Shown here one piece after another: positions 19,260 to 29,487 of a DNA stretch of 64,000 nt. The stretch comes from Marispirochaeta sp. (GTDB lineage: Bacteria > Spirochaetota > Spirochaetia > JC444 > Marispirochaetaceae). The notes under the pieces are model-generated. The model saw only the letters and a list, made by a program, of their open reading frames with translations, had not been told where the DNA came from and searched no databases. Numbering within the stretch: the first letter of the stretch is position 1; the number at the start of each line of letters is the position of its first letter. The stretch is from positions 1,792,001 to 1,856,000 of the forward strand of contig CAXXFF010000002.1 in the NCBI GenBank assembly GCA_963676835.2, given 5' to 3'. A program made the position numbers and the translations under genes.

Positions 19260-19856
19260 ATGAGCTGGTCGCAAAGCAAGGATGATCACCAGTGGTCGGA
19301 GCTCTCCTCCCGGTATGTAATTAAAACTCCCATTTTCTCTCTTGTCCGGTCGAAACGGGTAGACCGGGAGAACCGTAAAGGGGATTTCTTTATTGTGGAA
19401 GCGCCGGAATGGGTAACGGTTATTCCCCTTTTCGAAAATGATCTTGAAAATGATCCTGAGAATTCCTCAGGGGATGAGTTTCTTATGGTGCGGCAATACC
19501 GTCACGGCTCTCAAGCGGTTACCGTGGAGTTTCCTGCCGGGATTGTAGACCCGGGAGAAGATCCGGTTGATGCTGCAGTCCGGGAACTAAAGGAAGAGAC
19601 CGGCTACGAAGCGCAGGAGATAATTCCCATCGGTTCTGTAAACCCCAACCCGGCATTCATGACAAATCATACCCACACCTTTCTGGCCCGGGGCCTTAAA
19701 AAGGTGGCGGAGCAGCAGCTTGATCCCCTTGAAAGGGTGGAGTACCGGAAAGTGCCTGTGGCGCAGGTTTTTGCCAATATGGGTGAGGGAGAATACGGCA
19801 ACGGTGTTATGCTGATATCCCTTGCGTTCTTTCAGAAGTGGAAAAAAGGAAAATAG
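19260..19856 (+). CDS. NUDIX hydrolase (ADP-ribose pyrophosphatase-like)
   Basis: RQYRH, EFPAG..DPGE....AAVRELKEETGY Nudix box. Confidence 0.93.
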   Translation: MSWSQSKDDHQWSELSSRYVIKTPIFSLVRSKRVDRENRKGDFFIVEAPEWVTVIPLFENDLENDPENSSGDEFLMVRQYRHGSQAVTVEFPAGIVDPGEDPVDAAVRELKEETGYEAQEIIPIGSVNPNPAFMTNHTHTFLARGLKKVAEQQLDPLERVEYRKVPVAQVFANMGEGEYGNGVMLISLAFFQKWKKGK

Positions 19857-19882
19857 TTGAAATCTGTTGAGGGGGAAAAGAG

Positions 19883-19954
19883 AGGCGCCGACCGGATTCG
19901 AACCGGTGCATAAAGGTTTTGCAGACCTCTCCCTTACCACTTGGGTACGGCGCC
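19883..19954 (-). tRNA. tRNA-Cys(GCA)
   Basis: GGCGCCG...AGTGGTAA...CTGCAAA...GGTTCGAATCC...CGGCGCCT; 72-nt cloverleaf, CCA not encoded. Confidence 0.97.
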
Positions 19955-20111
19955 GTGTTGCTCGCCGGAATTCTCCGGTGAATTGGTGCAAAAGATACCA
20001 AAAACCGCCTGCCCTTGTCTACCCTTGTATTTGCGAATTTCGCTTCCATTGTACTATACTTACAGCAGAGCTATGTGGCCCGAACATTGTGACAAATGAA
20101 AAGGGGATGTC

Positions 20112-21269
20112 ATGACATCGATCAACAAGTTTATTGCTCCTGAGTTTATATACGGGGTTGGCTCACGCCTGCAGGCCCCCGCTTACTGCAGGACCCTGCA
20201 TATGAAGAGAATTCTTGTTGTCAGTGATCCCGGAGTGAAGGACGCAGGCTGGACGGACGAAACAGTCAATCTCTTGAGACAGAACGGTTTTTTCATTTCC
20301 CTTTTTACCGGGGTGTCTGAAAACCCCCGTAAGACGGAAGTCGCCAGGGGTGCGGAACAGTATACGGCCGATAAATGCGATGGTATTGTGGCGGTGGGCG
20401 GAGGAAGTGTTCTGGACTGTGCCAAGGGCATCGGCGTTGTAGTTTGCCATGACAGACCTGTCGAGGAGTTCAAGGGCATCGACAAGCTTACCGAGTTTCT
20501 GCCGCCGCTGGTCTGTATTCCCACCACTGCAGGCAGCTCTGCAGATGTCAGCCGCTTTGCTATAATCAACAATGATGACCTTAAGGTTAAGTTCGCAGTA
20601 ATCAGCAGTGGACTTGTTCCCAGTATTGCTCTGATTGATCCCTTAACCCTAACAACCATGCATGCGGATCTCTCCACTGCCACCGGTATGGATGCCCTTT
20701 CTCATGCCTTCGAGGCTTATGTTTCCACCGGAGCTTTTTTTATGACCGACGGCATGGCCCTTGAATCGGTGGATCTGATTGCCCGGAATCTCTATATGAC
20801 CATAAAAAATCCGAAGGATATCTATGCCCGAAGCGGTATGATGCGGGCAAGTCTGCTGGCAGGTCTCGCTTTTTCAAATGCAAGCCTTGGGGCGGTTCAT
20901 GCCCTGGCTCATGCTGTGGGCGGTGTTTCCGATCTGCCCCACGGCCTCTGCAACGCGGTACTGCTTAAAGAGGTGGTACGGGCCAATTTCAGTTCTGCCC
21001 GGGACGGCTACTCCCGTCTCGGTTCTGTACTGCGGGCAGGACTCGGACTGCCTCCGGTAAACCGCGACAACGCCGTGGATGGGATTGTGGAAGCTGTGGA
21101 GCTGTTGGGAGAAAAGTGCGGGCTGGATCTGACCTTTAAATCGCACCATTTCAGCAGTGAGACTATTCATGAAATGGCCGTGCATGCCTCGGAGGATGCC
21201 TGTCTGCTTACCAACCCCCGACCGCTTACGGTAAGCGATCTGGAGGATATTATAAAAAGGGTAGTCTGA
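20112..21269 (+). CDS. Iron-containing alcohol dehydrogenase
   Basis: GGGSVLD, PTTAGS, DALSHAFEAY, HALAH, HGLCN. Confidence 0.93.
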   Translation: MTSINKFIAPEFIYGVGSRLQAPAYCRTLHMKRILVVSDPGVKDAGWTDETVNLLRQNGFFISLFTGVSENPRKTEVARGAEQYTADKCDGIVAVGGGSVLDCAKGIGVVVCHDRPVEEFKGIDKLTEFLPPLVCIPTTAGSSADVSRFAIINNDDLKVKFAVISSGLVPSIALIDPLTLTTMHADLSTATGMDALSHAFEAYVSTGAFFMTDGMALESVDLIARNLYMTIKNPKDIYARSGMMRASLLAGLAFSNASLGAVHALAHAVGGVSDLPHGLCNAVLLKEVVRANFSSARDGYSRLGSVLRAGLGLPPVNRDNAVDGIVEAVELLGEKCGLDLTFKSHHFSSETIHEMAVHASEDACLLTNPRPLTVSDLEDIIKRVV

Positions 21270-21277
21270 CCCGGCTG

Positions 21278-22357
21278 CTACAGCTCCGGGTCCATCCCTT
21301 CCGGTGATCCGCCGATGCTTGTCACCATGGTGGATACCGCCCGTGATGGATCAACCTCGCGGTTCAGAATCGAAAAGACGGTCTCACAGATGGGCAGTTT
21401 CAGTTTTCGCTGTATTGCAATCTGATGCACAAACTTGGCTGCCACCGCACCTTCCGGAAGATAGCCTACGGCTGCAATGTTATGTATAAGATCCTCAAGG
21501 TTCGAGAAGCGGTCAAGAATGCGGTCCTTGATTATCTCCCGGCCGAAACGCCGGTTTCGGCCGTGACGGCTGCGGCAGGTAACATCCAGGTCGCCTACGC
21601 CGGCTATGGAGGTAAAGGTTTCCGGATGGGTCGAGCCCAAAGCGGTTCCCAGCTTCATTATTTCATTCAGTCCTGCAGCTAAAAGCAGAGATTCCGTGTT
21701 GTCTCCCAGGGCATCGGAAAATTCCATCAGTGCATCCAGCATACCGAAGGCAATGGCCACAACGTTTTTTGCTGCGCCGCAGGTCTGTACTCCCACGATG
21801 TCGAGACTGGAGAAGACCATGAGGTTGCTTCCTCCCAGAAGCTCCCGGAAACGGATGGCATTTTTGCCGTTAGAGCATGCGGAAATAAGACCGGTAAGCT
21901 TTCCCCGGGCCACTTCTTCCGCATGGCTGGGGCCTGAAATATATACAACATTATGTTTATAGGCTTCGGGGAGAGTATCCTCAACAGCCTCTACTATCAT
22001 CCGCGGACCCTGATCGTCGGCGATAAAACCCTTTGTCACAATGCCGATAACCGTTTCTCCCGCAGCTATACCCGGAAGAGCGGCCAGGCTCTTTACCGCG
22101 TTAAGGATATAGAGCGAAGGGGTTGCGATAATTATGAATTCCTTGTCCGAGGCGGCCTGGGCAAGATCGGTTGTCGCTTTCAGGGAGGGGGGAAGGTTTA
22201 CGCCCAGAAGAAAGCGGTGGTTTGTCTGGTTGTTGTTAATGTCGTTGACCACATCTTCCATGAAGTCCCACATTTCAACCTGGTTGCCTGTCTCTGCAAG
22301 AACTTTTCCTATTGCAGTTCCCCAGGCTCCGGAACTTATTATTCCAACCTTTTTCAT
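21278..22357 (-). CDS. gpsA: NAD(P)H-dependent glycerol-3-phosphate dehydrogenase
   Basis: SGAWGTA, SGPSHAEEV, GAAKNV, GVGDLDVTC.S..GRNRRFG. Confidence 0.95.
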   Translation of the reverse strand: MKKVGIISSGAWGTAIGKVLAETGNQVEMWDFMEDVVNDINNNQTNHRFLLGVNLPPSLKATTDLAQAASDKEFIIIATPSLYILNAVKSLAALPGIAAGETVIGIVTKGFIADDQGPRMIVEAVEDTLPEAYKHNVVYISGPSHAEEVARGKLTGLISACSNGKNAIRFRELLGGSNLMVFSSLDIVGVQTCGAAKNVVAIAFGMLDALMEFSDALGDNTESLLLAAGLNEIMKLGTALGSTHPETFTSIAGVGDLDVTCRSRHGRNRRFGREIIKDRILDRFSNLEDLIHNIAAVGYLPEGAVAAKFVHQIAIQRKLKLPICETVFSILNREVDPSRAVSTMVTSIGGSPEGMDPEL

Positions 22358-22366
22358 TACTCCTCC

Positions 22367-24190
22367 TTATTTGAGAGCCGAAGCGGCCCGGACGAAGGTT
22401 TCGATCCGTCCGCCGATAACGGAAAGCCCGCTTCTCCAGAAATTAATGTCTTCAATATCAAAACCGGCTTCTTTAGTTAATTCTACTGCATTCAGCCTGC
22501 CGGTGTCTTTAAGAATAGTGCGGTATTTTTGGGGAAATCCGCTGCTGTTCCTGCGGTATTCTCCGTACAGTGCCAGACCGAAAAGCAGTCCGAAGGCATA
22601 AGGGAAATTATAGAAGGCCAGTTCCGGCCGGTAGTAGTGGCCCTTTACTGCCCACATGTAGGGGTGCAGCTGTTCCGGATCCAGTCCCTCTCCGTAGGTT
22701 TTTTTCTGGGCATCAAGCATCATGCTGCAGAGTTCTTCAGGGCTGAGTTCGTGGTCTGCCCTGCGCTGCATAAGCTCGGATTCAAAATAAAAGCGGCTGA
22801 GAATGTCTACTATAACCTGAGTTGAATCCTGCAGGCTCGATTCCATTAAGAGCAGACCCGATGCCTCATCCATATCTTCCAGGGCCTTTTCCGCCACCAG
22901 GGTTTCGGAGAAGATTGAGGCTGTTTCGGCCAGGGTCATGGGATAATCCTGATGGAGTGGAGGAAGATCCCGTACCACATGGTGATGATATCCGTGGCCG
23001 AGTTCATGGGCCAGGGTGGAAATATCCCGCAGGTTGCCGGAAAAATTGGAGAGAATTCTGCTTTCGCCGGATTCTGGAAAGCTGATGCAGTAGGCTCCGC
23101 CCACTTTTCCTTCCCTGGGCAGGGCGTCGATCCACTGCCTGCTTACCGCTTCCGAGGCATATGCCGCCAGTTCATCCGAGAATGTTGCAAAATTACTGAT
23201 AATAAAATCTGCGGCTTCCCTGAAGCCGACGGATCTCTGCTGTTTACTGTTCTGCACCGGCAGCGGGGCAAACAGATCGTACCAGGCAAGAACCGGCAGT
23301 CCCAGGATATCCGCTTTTGCTTTCAGGTACTTTCTGAAGGCCGGCAGAGACTCTTCCATGGCGCCGATAAGGGCATCAAGGGTTTTTCTGCTGATCCTGG
23401 ACTGTTCCAGAGCCCTGTCCAAAGTGCTGGTATAACCCCTGCGGCTGTTCAGGGTATGGCTGAAGCCTTTTACGCCGTTGAGTGCGGCAGATACAGCCAC
23501 CTCTGCACTCTTCCAGGCTGCAGTTTCCATAGTGTATGCCTTTCTCCGAACATCCCTGTCCGCGTCAAAAGCCATGGTTCTCAGCTGGGTTACCGTTCGG
23601 GTTTCACCGGTTTCGGGGTTCCAGACAGATGACAGGGTGGCTCCCAGGGTGGACTGAAGCCTTGACCAGGCCTCTCCTCCGCTTCTGTTCAGATCCGCCG
23701 CCAGGTCCTCTTCTGCGGGAGAGAGCTGCCTGGACTGAAGAGTCAGGGATTCCCGGATAAACAGCCGGTAGTTACTCAAGGACTCATTGGAATCAAGGAG
23801 TGAATCTATTGAGCTTTCCACCAGTTTCAGGGTGTTACGGAATGCAATCTCCTGTTGTTTCAGTTTGAGCTCCGCTTTCTCAAGCTCACCTAATTCTTTC
23901 AGCGCTTCAGGGTCCCGGGTGGCTGTGCTGTAGCGGGCATAGGCATAGGCGTAGAGGTTTTCAAAGGTGCCTCTGAGACTGTTTGCCGTCTCAACTGCTT
24001 TTTCAAGCCAGTCCCCCGGGTTCAAACCTTCCAGAGCCGCCGGACTGAAAACTTCCTCGGATTCCTTCAGCTTTTCTGCAAGCTTCAGAAGTGCCTGTTT
24101 GTATTCTCTGCTTTTGTATCCGGGATAAATTGAATCCAGCGACCATCGTGGAGGATGGACTGTTTCAGAAGGCGTGTCTTGCGGTTCCAT
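22367..24190 (-). CDS. pepF: M3B oligoendopeptidase F
   Basis: TLAHELGHGYH, LAETAS, FYNFPYAFG. Confidence 0.92.
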   Translation of the reverse strand: MEPQDTPSETVHPPRWSLDSIYPGYKSREYKQALLKLAEKLKESEEVFSPAALEGLNPGDWLEKAVETANSLRGTFENLYAYAYARYSTATRDPEALKELGELEKAELKLKQQEIAFRNTLKLVESSIDSLLDSNESLSNYRLFIRESLTLQSRQLSPAEEDLAADLNRSGGEAWSRLQSTLGATLSSVWNPETGETRTVTQLRTMAFDADRDVRRKAYTMETAAWKSAEVAVSAALNGVKGFSHTLNSRRGYTSTLDRALEQSRISRKTLDALIGAMEESLPAFRKYLKAKADILGLPVLAWYDLFAPLPVQNSKQQRSVGFREAADFIISNFATFSDELAAYASEAVSRQWIDALPREGKVGGAYCISFPESGESRILSNFSGNLRDISTLAHELGHGYHHHVVRDLPPLHQDYPMTLAETASIFSETLVAEKALEDMDEASGLLLMESSLQDSTQVIVDILSRFYFESELMQRRADHELSPEELCSMMLDAQKKTYGEGLDPEQLHPYMWAVKGHYYRPELAFYNFPYAFGLLFGLALYGEYRRNSSGFPQKYRTILKDTGRLNAVELTKEAGFDIEDINFWRSGLSVIGGRIETFVRAASALK

Positions 24191-24370
24191 AGGGTCAACT
24201 CCTGTGCACAGTTATATAGCACCTCTCCCGTCCATTGCAAGTTGTACTGCAGGCTGCTCCGGATTCAAAGAATTCCAAGCTTACTGTGCATTCGGATAAA
24301 TGATGTGCTACTATTGTCTTACCTGAAACATTACAAACCGGAGAAACCCGTAAACGTGAATTATCCATAT

Positions 24371-26044
24371 ATGAATATAAATAAGCTGTATAGAATTTCT
24401 GTTTTTCTGCTTATTCCTCTCCTCATATTCTGGCTTTCGGCAGTGTCTCTTTACGGCCAGTCTTCTGAAGAGCAGTATGATTTTCAGAATCAGTGGGATG
24501 GTGCAGGTTCCTCTGATATGTATGAGGGCAGCGGGGAAAGCGAAAACAGTGAAACAGCGGCAGCTGAGGAATCCCTGCCTTTTCAGGATGAAAACTCCTT
24601 TGAAAATCCGGATTTTACTGAAGATGCCTCAACTGAAGCTGTGCTGCCGCCGGAACTGCTTCCCGGGCTTCAGACCCGGGGAGTGATTGACCTGGATTCC
24701 GGGCTCAATTATGTAACCTACCGCCTGAACGTGTCTCCATCAGCTGTACGGGCAGAGATCCGCTTAAGCCGGGCCCGGGCAGATCTTGATCTTTATGTGC
24801 GGTATGGCACGGAGATCCTGGACTATGGTGCAGTTGATGCAGGCGCCGACAGCGACGACTTTAATGAAGAGCTTGTTCTTTCCCGTTTTGGCGATGCCGG
24901 CCTCTATGACGGAGAGTATTACCTCGATGTTGTCTATCAGCATGAGTTTCCCCCGTTTATCGACGGAAAACAGAGCAGCATTATCGATTTTGATATCCGG
25001 TACACCCTTGAAGAGCTTCAGATTGCAGAAACCATTTCTGCCGGCGACAGTGTATCCGGAACCCTTCTTCCGGAAGAAGGCATGATGAAACTCTACGCGG
25101 TCCGTGCTGCCGGCTGGGATTCGGCTCTGCGGATAGATGTTGCGGATACCACAGGTGATGTGGACCTTTTTGTTTCCAGAAATACCCCGGCGATCAGTCC
25201 GGAAAATGCGGAATTCCGCAGTGAAAGCCTGCTTGGCCGGGAGTCTCTGGTAATCAGCAGAGAAACTGATCCCTCCTATTCTCCCGGTACCTACTATATT
25301 CTGGTTCTTGATCAGGTTTCTGACCGGTTTCCGGTAATGTTTTCCCTGCATACCGGTACCTCCACCGATGCCCCGGGGGCCCTTATGGATATTCCCCCCG
25401 TACCGGATCCTGACGATCCTCTTCAGCATGCTGTCGGGGCAACCGTTGAGGTTATCGGTGAGAACGGCAGAGGCTCGGGCTGCATGGTATCCCGTGACGG
25501 ATATCTGCTGACCAACTGGCATGTGGTTAAAAACGGTGAGAATCAGCCCTCGGCTCCGGTATACGTTGCTGCAACGATTGATCAGCACCTGCCCCCGAAG
25601 GAACTTTTTTCCGGCAGCGTGGTGCGCTATGACGAAGATCTTGACCTTGCCCTGATAAAAATCGACGCCGGGAGATACGGACAGCCCCTCCCCGGGGCAT
25701 ACCGCTTCCCCTTCTTTGAGTTTACCGAAAGCGGAATTCCCCGCATGGGTGAACCCATCTCCATTCTCGGGTATCCCGCCAACGGCGGAATCGGCTCAAG
25801 AGTTTCGGTTACCCTTACCCGGGGTATTGTCAGCGGCTTCGAGGCATCTCCCCTTGGGGTATTTATTAAGACCGACGGGGAAATCTCCTTCGGAAATTCC
25901 GGCGGTGCAGTATTCAATGCCTTCGGGGAGCTGGTGGGGCTTCCGGTATCCATCTATACCGATGGAGAAGGGAAGCTGGGCTTTATTCTTCCTGTAAGCA
26001 TGATTCCTTCCTCCTGGCTCAAAATTATTTCCGGCACTCACTGA
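24371..26044 (+). CDS. Secreted trypsin-like (S1) serine protease with two PPC-like domains
   Basis: Signal peptide; two DLDLYV/DVDLFV...G.YY repeats; catalytic triad LTNWHVV, DLALIK, GNSGG. Confidence 0.85.
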   Translation: MNINKLYRISVFLLIPLLIFWLSAVSLYGQSSEEQYDFQNQWDGAGSSDMYEGSGESENSETAAAEESLPFQDENSFENPDFTEDASTEAVLPPELLPGLQTRGVIDLDSGLNYVTYRLNVSPSAVRAEIRLSRARADLDLYVRYGTEILDYGAVDAGADSDDFNEELVLSRFGDAGLYDGEYYLDVVYQHEFPPFIDGKQSSIIDFDIRYTLEELQIAETISAGDSVSGTLLPEEGMMKLYAVRAAGWDSALRIDVADTTGDVDLFVSRNTPAISPENAEFRSESLLGRESLVISRETDPSYSPGTYYILVLDQVSDRFPVMFSLHTGTSTDAPGALMDIPPVPDPDDPLQHAVGATVEVIGENGRGSGCMVSRDGYLLTNWHVVKNGENQPSAPVYVAATIDQHLPPKELFSGSVVRYDEDLDLALIKIDAGRYGQPLPGAYRFPFFEFTESGIPRMGEPISILGYPANGGIGSRVSVTLTRGIVSGFEASPLGVFIKTDGEISFGNSGGAVFNAFGELVGLPVSIYTDGEGKLGFILPVSMIPSSWLKIISGTH

Positions 26045-26059
26045 CAGGAGAGGGCTGTT

Positions 26060-27412
26060 GTGGATTCACTGTCCAGGCTGACATCACTACTTCAGGAGCT
26101 GATCCGTAATCGCTGTGTCAACGACGGTCACCATTGTAATGAAGCTGTGTCAGCAGCATCTCTCAAGCGGTTTTTCTCTGAGTACGGGATCGAAGCGGAA
26201 ATATTCTCTAAAAAAGAGGGCCGGGATAATCTGGTGGTGCGTATTCCCGGCACTGATCCAGATGCTCCCTCCCTTGCGTTCATGGGACATCTGGATGTAG
26301 TTCCCGCGTCCCCGGAAGACTGGAAACTGGATCCCTTTGGTGGTGAACTTGCCCATGGAGAGGTCTGGGGACGGGGTGCGGTGGATATGCTTAATATGAC
26401 CGCTTCCCAGGCGGTCGGCTTTGCGGAAGCAGTTAAGAAACATGGCGCCTTTCCCGGGGACCTTCTCTATATTGCCCTGGCGGACGAAGAGGCTTCAGGA
26501 AAGTACGGCGCCCGCTGGCTGACGGATCATCACTGGGACAAGGTCTCCTGCGACGTAATGGTCTCGGAGATCGGCGGCTTTTATATACAGGGCCGCCGGG
26601 GAAAGCATGCTGTTCTCGGGGTTGGGGAAAAAGGGGTCGCCTGGCTGAGGGTTATCACCCGGGGTGTTCCCGGTCACGGCAGTATTCCCTATGGTGCTAA
26701 AAACGCTGTGGATGACCTTGTTTCCCTGTCCTGTAAACTTGCTGAGGCAAGTCCCCGTCTGCGGATGGGGAGCATCTACCGGGGAATGGTCAAAGCATCC
26801 TCGGGTAATCTTGCTGAAGCGCTTCTTCTTAATACACCCCTGACTCAGGCTGCCGGTCTGTCCAGGCTGGCAGCAAGAAACCCCGGAGCCGCAAAATGGC
26901 TTCATGCGGCCTCCCTCACAACTGTGTCCACCGGTATGATACAGGGGGGGAGCAAGATAAATATAATTCCCGATACCGCCTATATGGATCTTGATATCCG
27001 TCTTGTTCCCGGGGAGAGCCTGGAATCTGCCATGGCTCTGGTCCACCGGGCGGCACGGTCCGCCGGGGTGGACGCGGAGCTGGAAGTGCTGGAATTTTTC
27101 CCCCCCACAATCAGTGAGAGTGAAGGACCCTTTTTCGATGCCAGTGCATCTTTGCTGAAAAAGAATGTGGAGGATGCCGAGCTCCTGCCTATTCTCGTGG
27201 GAGGCGCCACTGACGGCCGCTTCTGGCGACGAAAGGGTACCAGGGTATATGGATTTACCCTTTTTGATAAAAAAATGACCATGGACCGTTTTTCAAAACT
27301 TATCCATGGCCGTAATGAGCGTATTTCTCTGGACAGCCTCGCGCTGTCTCTGGAGTATTATACAAAACTCCCCGGTGAGTTTTTCGCCGCCTGGCAGGCC
27401 GCGCAGCAGTAA
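26060..27412 (+). CDS. M20/M25/M40 family metallohydrolase
   Basis: GHLDVVP, GRGAVDM, ADEEA, HGRNERI. Confidence 0.92.
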   Translation: MDSLSRLTSLLQELIRNRCVNDGHHCNEAVSAASLKRFFSEYGIEAEIFSKKEGRDNLVVRIPGTDPDAPSLAFMGHLDVVPASPEDWKLDPFGGELAHGEVWGRGAVDMLNMTASQAVGFAEAVKKHGAFPGDLLYIALADEEASGKYGARWLTDHHWDKVSCDVMVSEIGGFYIQGRRGKHAVLGVGEKGVAWLRVITRGVPGHGSIPYGAKNAVDDLVSLSCKLAEASPRLRMGSIYRGMVKASSGNLAEALLLNTPLTQAAGLSRLAARNPGAAKWLHAASLTTVSTGMIQGGSKINIIPDTAYMDLDIRLVPGESLESAMALVHRAARSAGVDAELEVLEFFPPTISESEGPFFDASASLLKKNVEDAELLPILVGGATDGRFWRRKGTRVYGFTLFDKKMTMDRFSKLIHGRNERISLDSLALSLEYYTKLPGEFFAAWQAAQQ

Positions 27413-27419
27413 TTCCCGC

Positions 27420-28001
27420 CTAAACCAGCTGTTTAAGCTGTTCTTTTGCCTGTTTCAGCGCTTCGCTGTACTGGCTTTCCAGCTGGCCCAGATGGTCTTT
27501 CAGCACCTTGGTAAACTCGGGATCCTGGGAGGGTGAGAGTTTTACCGGCGATCCGGTCTGCCGGGCAATCTCCTGCTCTTTCTGTCTCAAACGCGGGGCA
27601 AACTGCTGTTCAAGACTGGAAACAAGCTGCTCCTGATTGGCCAGATACTGTCCAAAAAACTGATTAATCTGTTCGAACATCATGGATACCTGCTTCGTAT
27701 CTCCCGTCAGAATAGAAAAGGCCTCTTCCAGCAGGGCTGTTTTTTCGGAAAACTCTTTTGTCTGGGGCAGGCTGAGGTTCGCCGAAAGGGTTGAAAGCAG
27801 CCCGTCCTTAAGCCACTGCAGCTCTTCTTTGTCGGCAGTTTTAAGCTGTTTTTTCAGCTCCCCTGCATCAATATCTCCGGCGAGAAATTTCCCGGCCAGC
27901 CGTTTTCCTGCATCGGCTTTTTCCCTGGCGGCAATGCTCTTTTTATCTACTTCAATGTCCTTTGTTCGCTCAAGGGCAATCTCAAGGGCGGATTTGATCA
28001 T
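27420..28001 (-). CDS. Conserved hypothetical helical protein
   Basis: IKSALEIALERT N-terminus typical of a conserved family; AGGAG RBS. Confidence 0.75.
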   Translation of the reverse strand: MIKSALEIALERTKDIEVDKKSIAAREKADAGKRLAGKFLAGDIDAGELKKQLKTADKEELQWLKDGLLSTLSANLSLPQTKEFSEKTALLEEAFSILTGDTKQVSMMFEQINQFFGQYLANQEQLVSSLEQQFAPRLRQKEQEIARQTGSPVKLSPSQDPEFTKVLKDHLGQLESQYSEALKQAKEQLKQLV

Positions 28002-28061
28002 CTGAACTCTCCTGGTAACTTCGTTTCCTGCAGTAAAAATACAAAAATGGCCGGGACAATA

Positions 28062-29360
28062 TCAAGTCCCGGTATATTTCCGGATGGCATCGGCAATCTG
28101 TTCATAGGTTGTACGCCTTCTGGTATCATCCGCTTCCAGCAGTGTTACCCGGAAGCCGGGAAGATCGCAGCAGAAGCCGCTCAGGGGAACAACGCAGATT
28201 CCCGCTGAAGCCAGAAGATAGTAGACAAACCGTTTATCCGGAGCGACGGTATCAATCATGGAATTGATGTAGTCGCGGATCTCTTCATTCTCAATCGGCA
28301 GTGACTGGTGTGAGTTCAGAAGTCCCTTTTCGAAGACCGCAGTAATATAGAAGGCTCCTTTAGGTTTCACCACCTTTACCCCGGGTACGGCATTGAGAAT
28401 ATCCGCAGCCTCCTGAGCTCTGGCTTCATACAAGGCGTTTCTGTGCTTCAGATGTGCCTCATAGCGGGGATCGGAGAATACCGGCGGAATGGAAAGCTGG
28501 GGCAGGGTGGTTGAGCAGACTTCCAGTCTCTTTGCATCCAGCAGGCTGGTAATGTAACGGGCAAACTCCGGATCCTGCTTCTGGTTGTAGACCTCTATCC
28601 AGCCGCAGCGGCCGCCGGGCCAGGGATATTCCTTGGAAATACTCCGGAGAGCCATGCCGGGAACTCCGTCTATAACGTCACTTAAAAATGTACTGTCATC
28701 GGGGTTGTAGACGATACTGGCGTAGGTTTCGTCGCAGATGACAAAGAGATCGTACTTTTTTGCGATATCCACCATGGCGGTGAGCACTTCCCGGGGGTAT
28801 ACTGCGCCGGTGGGGTTGTCCGGGTTAATGAGCAGAATTCCCGCGATGGAGGGGTTGTAGCGGACCTTGTTTTCAATATCCGCCAGATCGGGCATCCAGT
28901 TATTATCCGGATCCAGCCGGTAGGTAAGATGTTCGTAACCCGAATGGGATGCCTCAGCGGACGAAAGGGTTGAGTATGCCGGTGACGGCCCGATTACCCG
29001 GGCTTCCCTTTTAAGATATTCAAAAATCCGGGCCACCGCATCTCCCAGGCCGTTGAAGAAGAAGATGTCGTCCTTGTCTATTCCGGCTCCGCCCCGGGCT
29101 GTAACACGCTCTGCCAGAAACTCCCGTGTTTGCGGTGCTCCCTGGGTATCGGTGTAGCAGTAGGAGGCATCCGTTGAGGCGAGACCTGTTACGGTTTCCT
29201 TTATCCAGTCCGGAACAGATTCGCCTTTCTGTACAGGATCCCCGATATTCTCATAAATTACCGGCAATCCTGCTGCTTCCACTTTGTGGGCAACCTTTAC
29301 AATTTCCCTGATCTCGTAGCGCAGCTCTCCGGCGCCGTCCCATACAATTGGTCTTCTCAT
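28062..29360 (-). CDS. PLP-dependent class I/II aminotransferase, AlaA (alanine transaminase)-like
   Basis: LRYEIR...ENIGDP N-terminus, INPDNPTGAVY, DETY, SISK...PGGRCGW; start ATG 29360 after GGAGGGAG. Confidence 0.88.
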   Translation of the reverse strand: MRRPIVWDGAGELRYEIREIVKVAHKVEAAGLPVIYENIGDPVQKGESVPDWIKETVTGLASTDASYCYTDTQGAPQTREFLAERVTARGGAGIDKDDIFFFNGLGDAVARIFEYLKREARVIGPSPAYSTLSSAEASHSGYEHLTYRLDPDNNWMPDLADIENKVRYNPSIAGILLINPDNPTGAVYPREVLTAMVDIAKKYDLFVICDETYASIVYNPDDSTFLSDVIDGVPGMALRSISKEYPWPGGRCGWIEVYNQKQDPEFARYITSLLDAKRLEVCSTTLPQLSIPPVFSDPRYEAHLKHRNALYEARAQEAADILNAVPGVKVVKPKGAFYITAVFEKGLLNSHQSLPIENEEIRDYINSMIDTVAPDKRFVYYLLASAGICVVPLSGFCCDLPGFRVTLLEADDTRRRTTYEQIADAIRKYTGT

Positions 29361-29408
29361 CTTTTTCTCCCTCCACCCCGCATCAGTGCCGGAATAACCC
29401 GGGGATAC

Positions 29409-29445
29409 AAAAAAACCGCGGGTTCCGTTTCCGGACATCCGCGGT
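29409..29445 (-). terminator. Intrinsic terminator (3:4 hairpin) of the attenuator
   Basis: ACCGCGG-AUG-UCCG-GAAA-CGGA-AC-CCGCGG followed by U7, about 50 nt before the aminotransferase start. Confidence 0.88.
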
Positions 29446-29487
29446 GATGTATTCTGTTGTAGTGGAATACCTGTTATCCGCGGTGGC

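Noticed and set aside
29361..29438. N-terminal extension of the aminotransferase
   Set aside because: It runs through the terminator; the RBS and family similarity indicate ATG 29360.
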